Below, one piece after another: positions 40,607 to 42,383 of a stretch of 42,383 nucleotides of DNA. Location: assembly GCA_001275005.1 (NCBI GenBank), contig JWZX01002772.1, positions 1 through 42,383 of the forward strand, written 5' to 3'. A program made the translations under genes and the position numbers. Each line of letters begins with the position of its first letter. The first letter of the stretch is position 1. The notes under the pieces are model-generated. The model saw only the letters and a program-made list of their open reading frames with translations, was not told the DNA's origin and searched no databases. Origin of the DNA: Chrysochromulina tobinii (lineage: Eukaryota).

Positions 40607-42383
40607 ATGCAAACTCCTCCACGCGAAGCTCCAGCACACGATGCTGCACTTCGAGGAAGTGACGACAGTTTTCGCGGTCTTGCGCTTGCGAACCTCATGA
40701 TGGTGGATGCAGATGGAAGGATGCCCGCGCATCTCGCTGCTAGGGAAGGGCACGTTCGCAGGTTGCGTGCGCTGCATGAGCTCGGGGCGGCGGCCAGCCT
40801 GTCGGCGGCGGATGTAGCTGGAAGGATGCCCGCGCATCTTGCAGCTGAGGGAGGGCACGTGCCCTGTTTGCATGCGCTGCATGAGCTCGGGGCGGCGGCC
40901 AGCCTGTCGGCGGCGGATGAAGAAGGAACGACGCCCGCGCATCTTGCAGCTGAGGGAGGGCACGTGCCCTGTTTGCATGCGCTGCATGAGCTCGGGGCGG
41001 CAGCCAGCCTGTCGGCAGCGGATGCAAAGGGAAGGACGGGTGCGCATTGGGCTGCAATGCAAGGTGATGTGAGCTGCTTGCATGCGCTGCATGAGCTCGG
41101 GGCGGCGGCCAGCCTGTCGGCGGCGGCTGCAGATGGAGCGACGCCCGCGGTTTTCGCTGCGGTAAAAGGCCACGAGAGCTGCTTGCATGCGCTGCATGAG
41201 CTCGGGGCGGCGGCCAGCCTGTCAGCGGCGGATGCATTGGGAAGGACGTGTGCGCATTGGGCTGCAAAGCAAGGCCACGTGAGCTGCTTGCATGCGCTGC
41301 ATGAGCTCGGGGCGGCGGCCAGCCTGTCATCGGCCACGGCTGCAAATGGAAGGACGCCCGCGGTTTTCGCTGCGATGAAAGGCCACGTGCCCTGCTTGCA
41401 TGCGCTGCATGAGCTCGGGGCGGCGGCTAGCCTGTCGGCGGCGAATGCAAAGGGAAGGACACCCGCGCATCTCGCTGCTGATAAAGGCCACGTGCCCTGC
41501 TTGCATGCGCTGCATGAGCTCGGGGCGGCGGCCAGCCTGTCGGCCGCGGATGCAGATGGAAGGACGCCCGCGCATTTCGCTGCTATGCGAGGCCACGAGC
41601 GCTGCTTGCATGCGCTGCATGAGCTCGGGGCGGCGGCCAGCCTGTCGGCCGCGGATGTAGCTGGAAGGATGCCCGCGCATCTTGCAGCTGAGGGAGGGCA
41701 CGTGCCCTGTTTGCATGCGCTGCATGAGCTCGGGGCGGCGGCCAGCCTGTCGGCCGCGGATGCAAATGGAACGACGCCCGCGCATGAAGCTGCTCTGGGA
41801 GGGCACGTGCCCTGTTTGCATGCGCTGCATGAGCTCGGGGCCGCGGCCAGCCTGTCGGCGGCGGCTGCAGAGGGAGCGACGCCCGCGCATCACGCTGCTA
41901 CGGGAGGGCACGTGCCCTGTTTGCATGCGCTGCATGAGCTCGGGGCGGCAGCCAGCCTGTCGGCGGCGGCTGCAAATGGAGCGACGCCTGCGCATTATGC
42001 TGTTCTGTTAGGGCACGTGCCCTGTTTGCATGCGCTGCATGAGCTCGGGCTAGCAGCCAGCCTGGTGGCGGTGGATGCAGATGGATGGACGCCCTTGCAT
42101 GTCGTTGCTAGGGAAATGCTGCGCGATCCCGATAATGCCAACTCGGAGCGCAACTACGTCCGCTGCATGCGGTTCCTCCTACAAGTGGGCGCCGACATAG
42201 ACCAAACGGATGGCATGGGCAACACGCCGCTTCTCTTAGCGGCTGGTAATGGCCATCTGCTCAACGTGCAGGAGCTTTGTTTGCATGGTGCCAACCGAGA
42301 GCTGGCAGGTGCTCCGACAGCCATTCAAGTGTCGGCTGGCTACCCTACTGTCTGCCGTTGGCTTCGCCGCACACGCGACCATA
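40607..42383 (+). CDS. Ankyrin-repeat protein with highly homogenised 35-aa repeats (runs off the window end)
   Basis: Stop-free frame from ATG 40607 to the window end, absent from the ORF track because it has no stop. 13 units of xxxGxTPAHxAAxxGHxxCLHALHELGAAASLSAA are followed by divergent ankyrins (GWTPLH, GNTPLLLAA). Confidence 0.92.
   Translation, partial: MQTPPREAPAHDAALRGSDDSFRGLALANLMMVDADGRMPAHLAAREGHVRRLRALHELGAAASLSAADVAGRMPAHLAAEGGHVPCLHALHELGAAASLSAADEEGTTPAHLAAEGGHVPCLHALHELGAAASLSAADAKGRTGAHWAAMQGDVSCLHALHELGAAASLSAAAADGATPAVFAAVKGHESCLHALHELGAAASLSAADALGRTCAHWAAKQGHVSCLHALHELGAAASLSSATAANGRTPAVFAAMKGHVPCLHALHELGAAASLSAANAKGRTPAHLAADKGHVPCLHALHELGAAASLSAADADGRTPAHFAAMRGHERCLHALHELGAAASLSAADVAGRMPAHLAAEGGHVPCLHALHELGAAASLSAADANGTTPAHEAALGGHVPCLHALHELGAAASLSAAAAEGATPAHHAATGGHVPCLHALHELGAAASLSAAAANGATPAHYAVLLGHVPCLHALHELGLAASLVAVDADGWTPLHVVAREMLRDPDNANSERNYVRCMRFLLQVGADIDQTDGMGNTPLLLAAGNGHLLNVQELCLHGANRELAGAPTAIQVSAGYPTVCRWLRRTRDH

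Noticed and set aside
40165..42011. Repetitive Cys-rich or MQRMQ ORFs on the minus strand and other frames
   Set aside because: Shadow frames of the plus-strand ankyrin array.

Overview
Gene-dense, GC-rich eukaryotic nuclear DNA. A haptophyte alga (Chrysochromulina-like) is inferred from the intron-poor genes, the intron style and the gene content. There are about 19 protein-coding genes, including DPH4/DNAJC24, a FAM166/CIMIP2-like protein, an HTTM/vitamin K-dependent carboxylase-like protein, a 5'-nucleotidase with EF-hands, a catalytically dead calpain, SMP-30/gluconolactonase, a bestrophin, AP-4 mu, organellar S16 and a RING protein. Main highlights: (1) Three spliceosomal introns are built from tandem CTGATTGC(A/C) branch-point-like repeats. 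Two end in CCTCATCAG and take their GT donor from a 14-23 nt duplication of the flanking exon, a candidate intron-generating system. (2) An ankyrin ORF missed by the ORF track (40607 to window end) has 13 near-identical 105-bp units that vary mainly at binding-surface codons. (3) A ~3 kb repeat-rich island (27.1-30.3 kb) carries a truncated family-A-like TV-Pol polymerase and three copies of a 72-bp hairpin-forming repeat. (4) A receptor-like signal-Cys-rich-TM-TIR/HET-like-TPR-EF-hand protein has a SAP motif hidden behind a frameshift. (5) There is a decayed histone H2B fragment. All domain calls come from motif recognition by eye; no searches were run.
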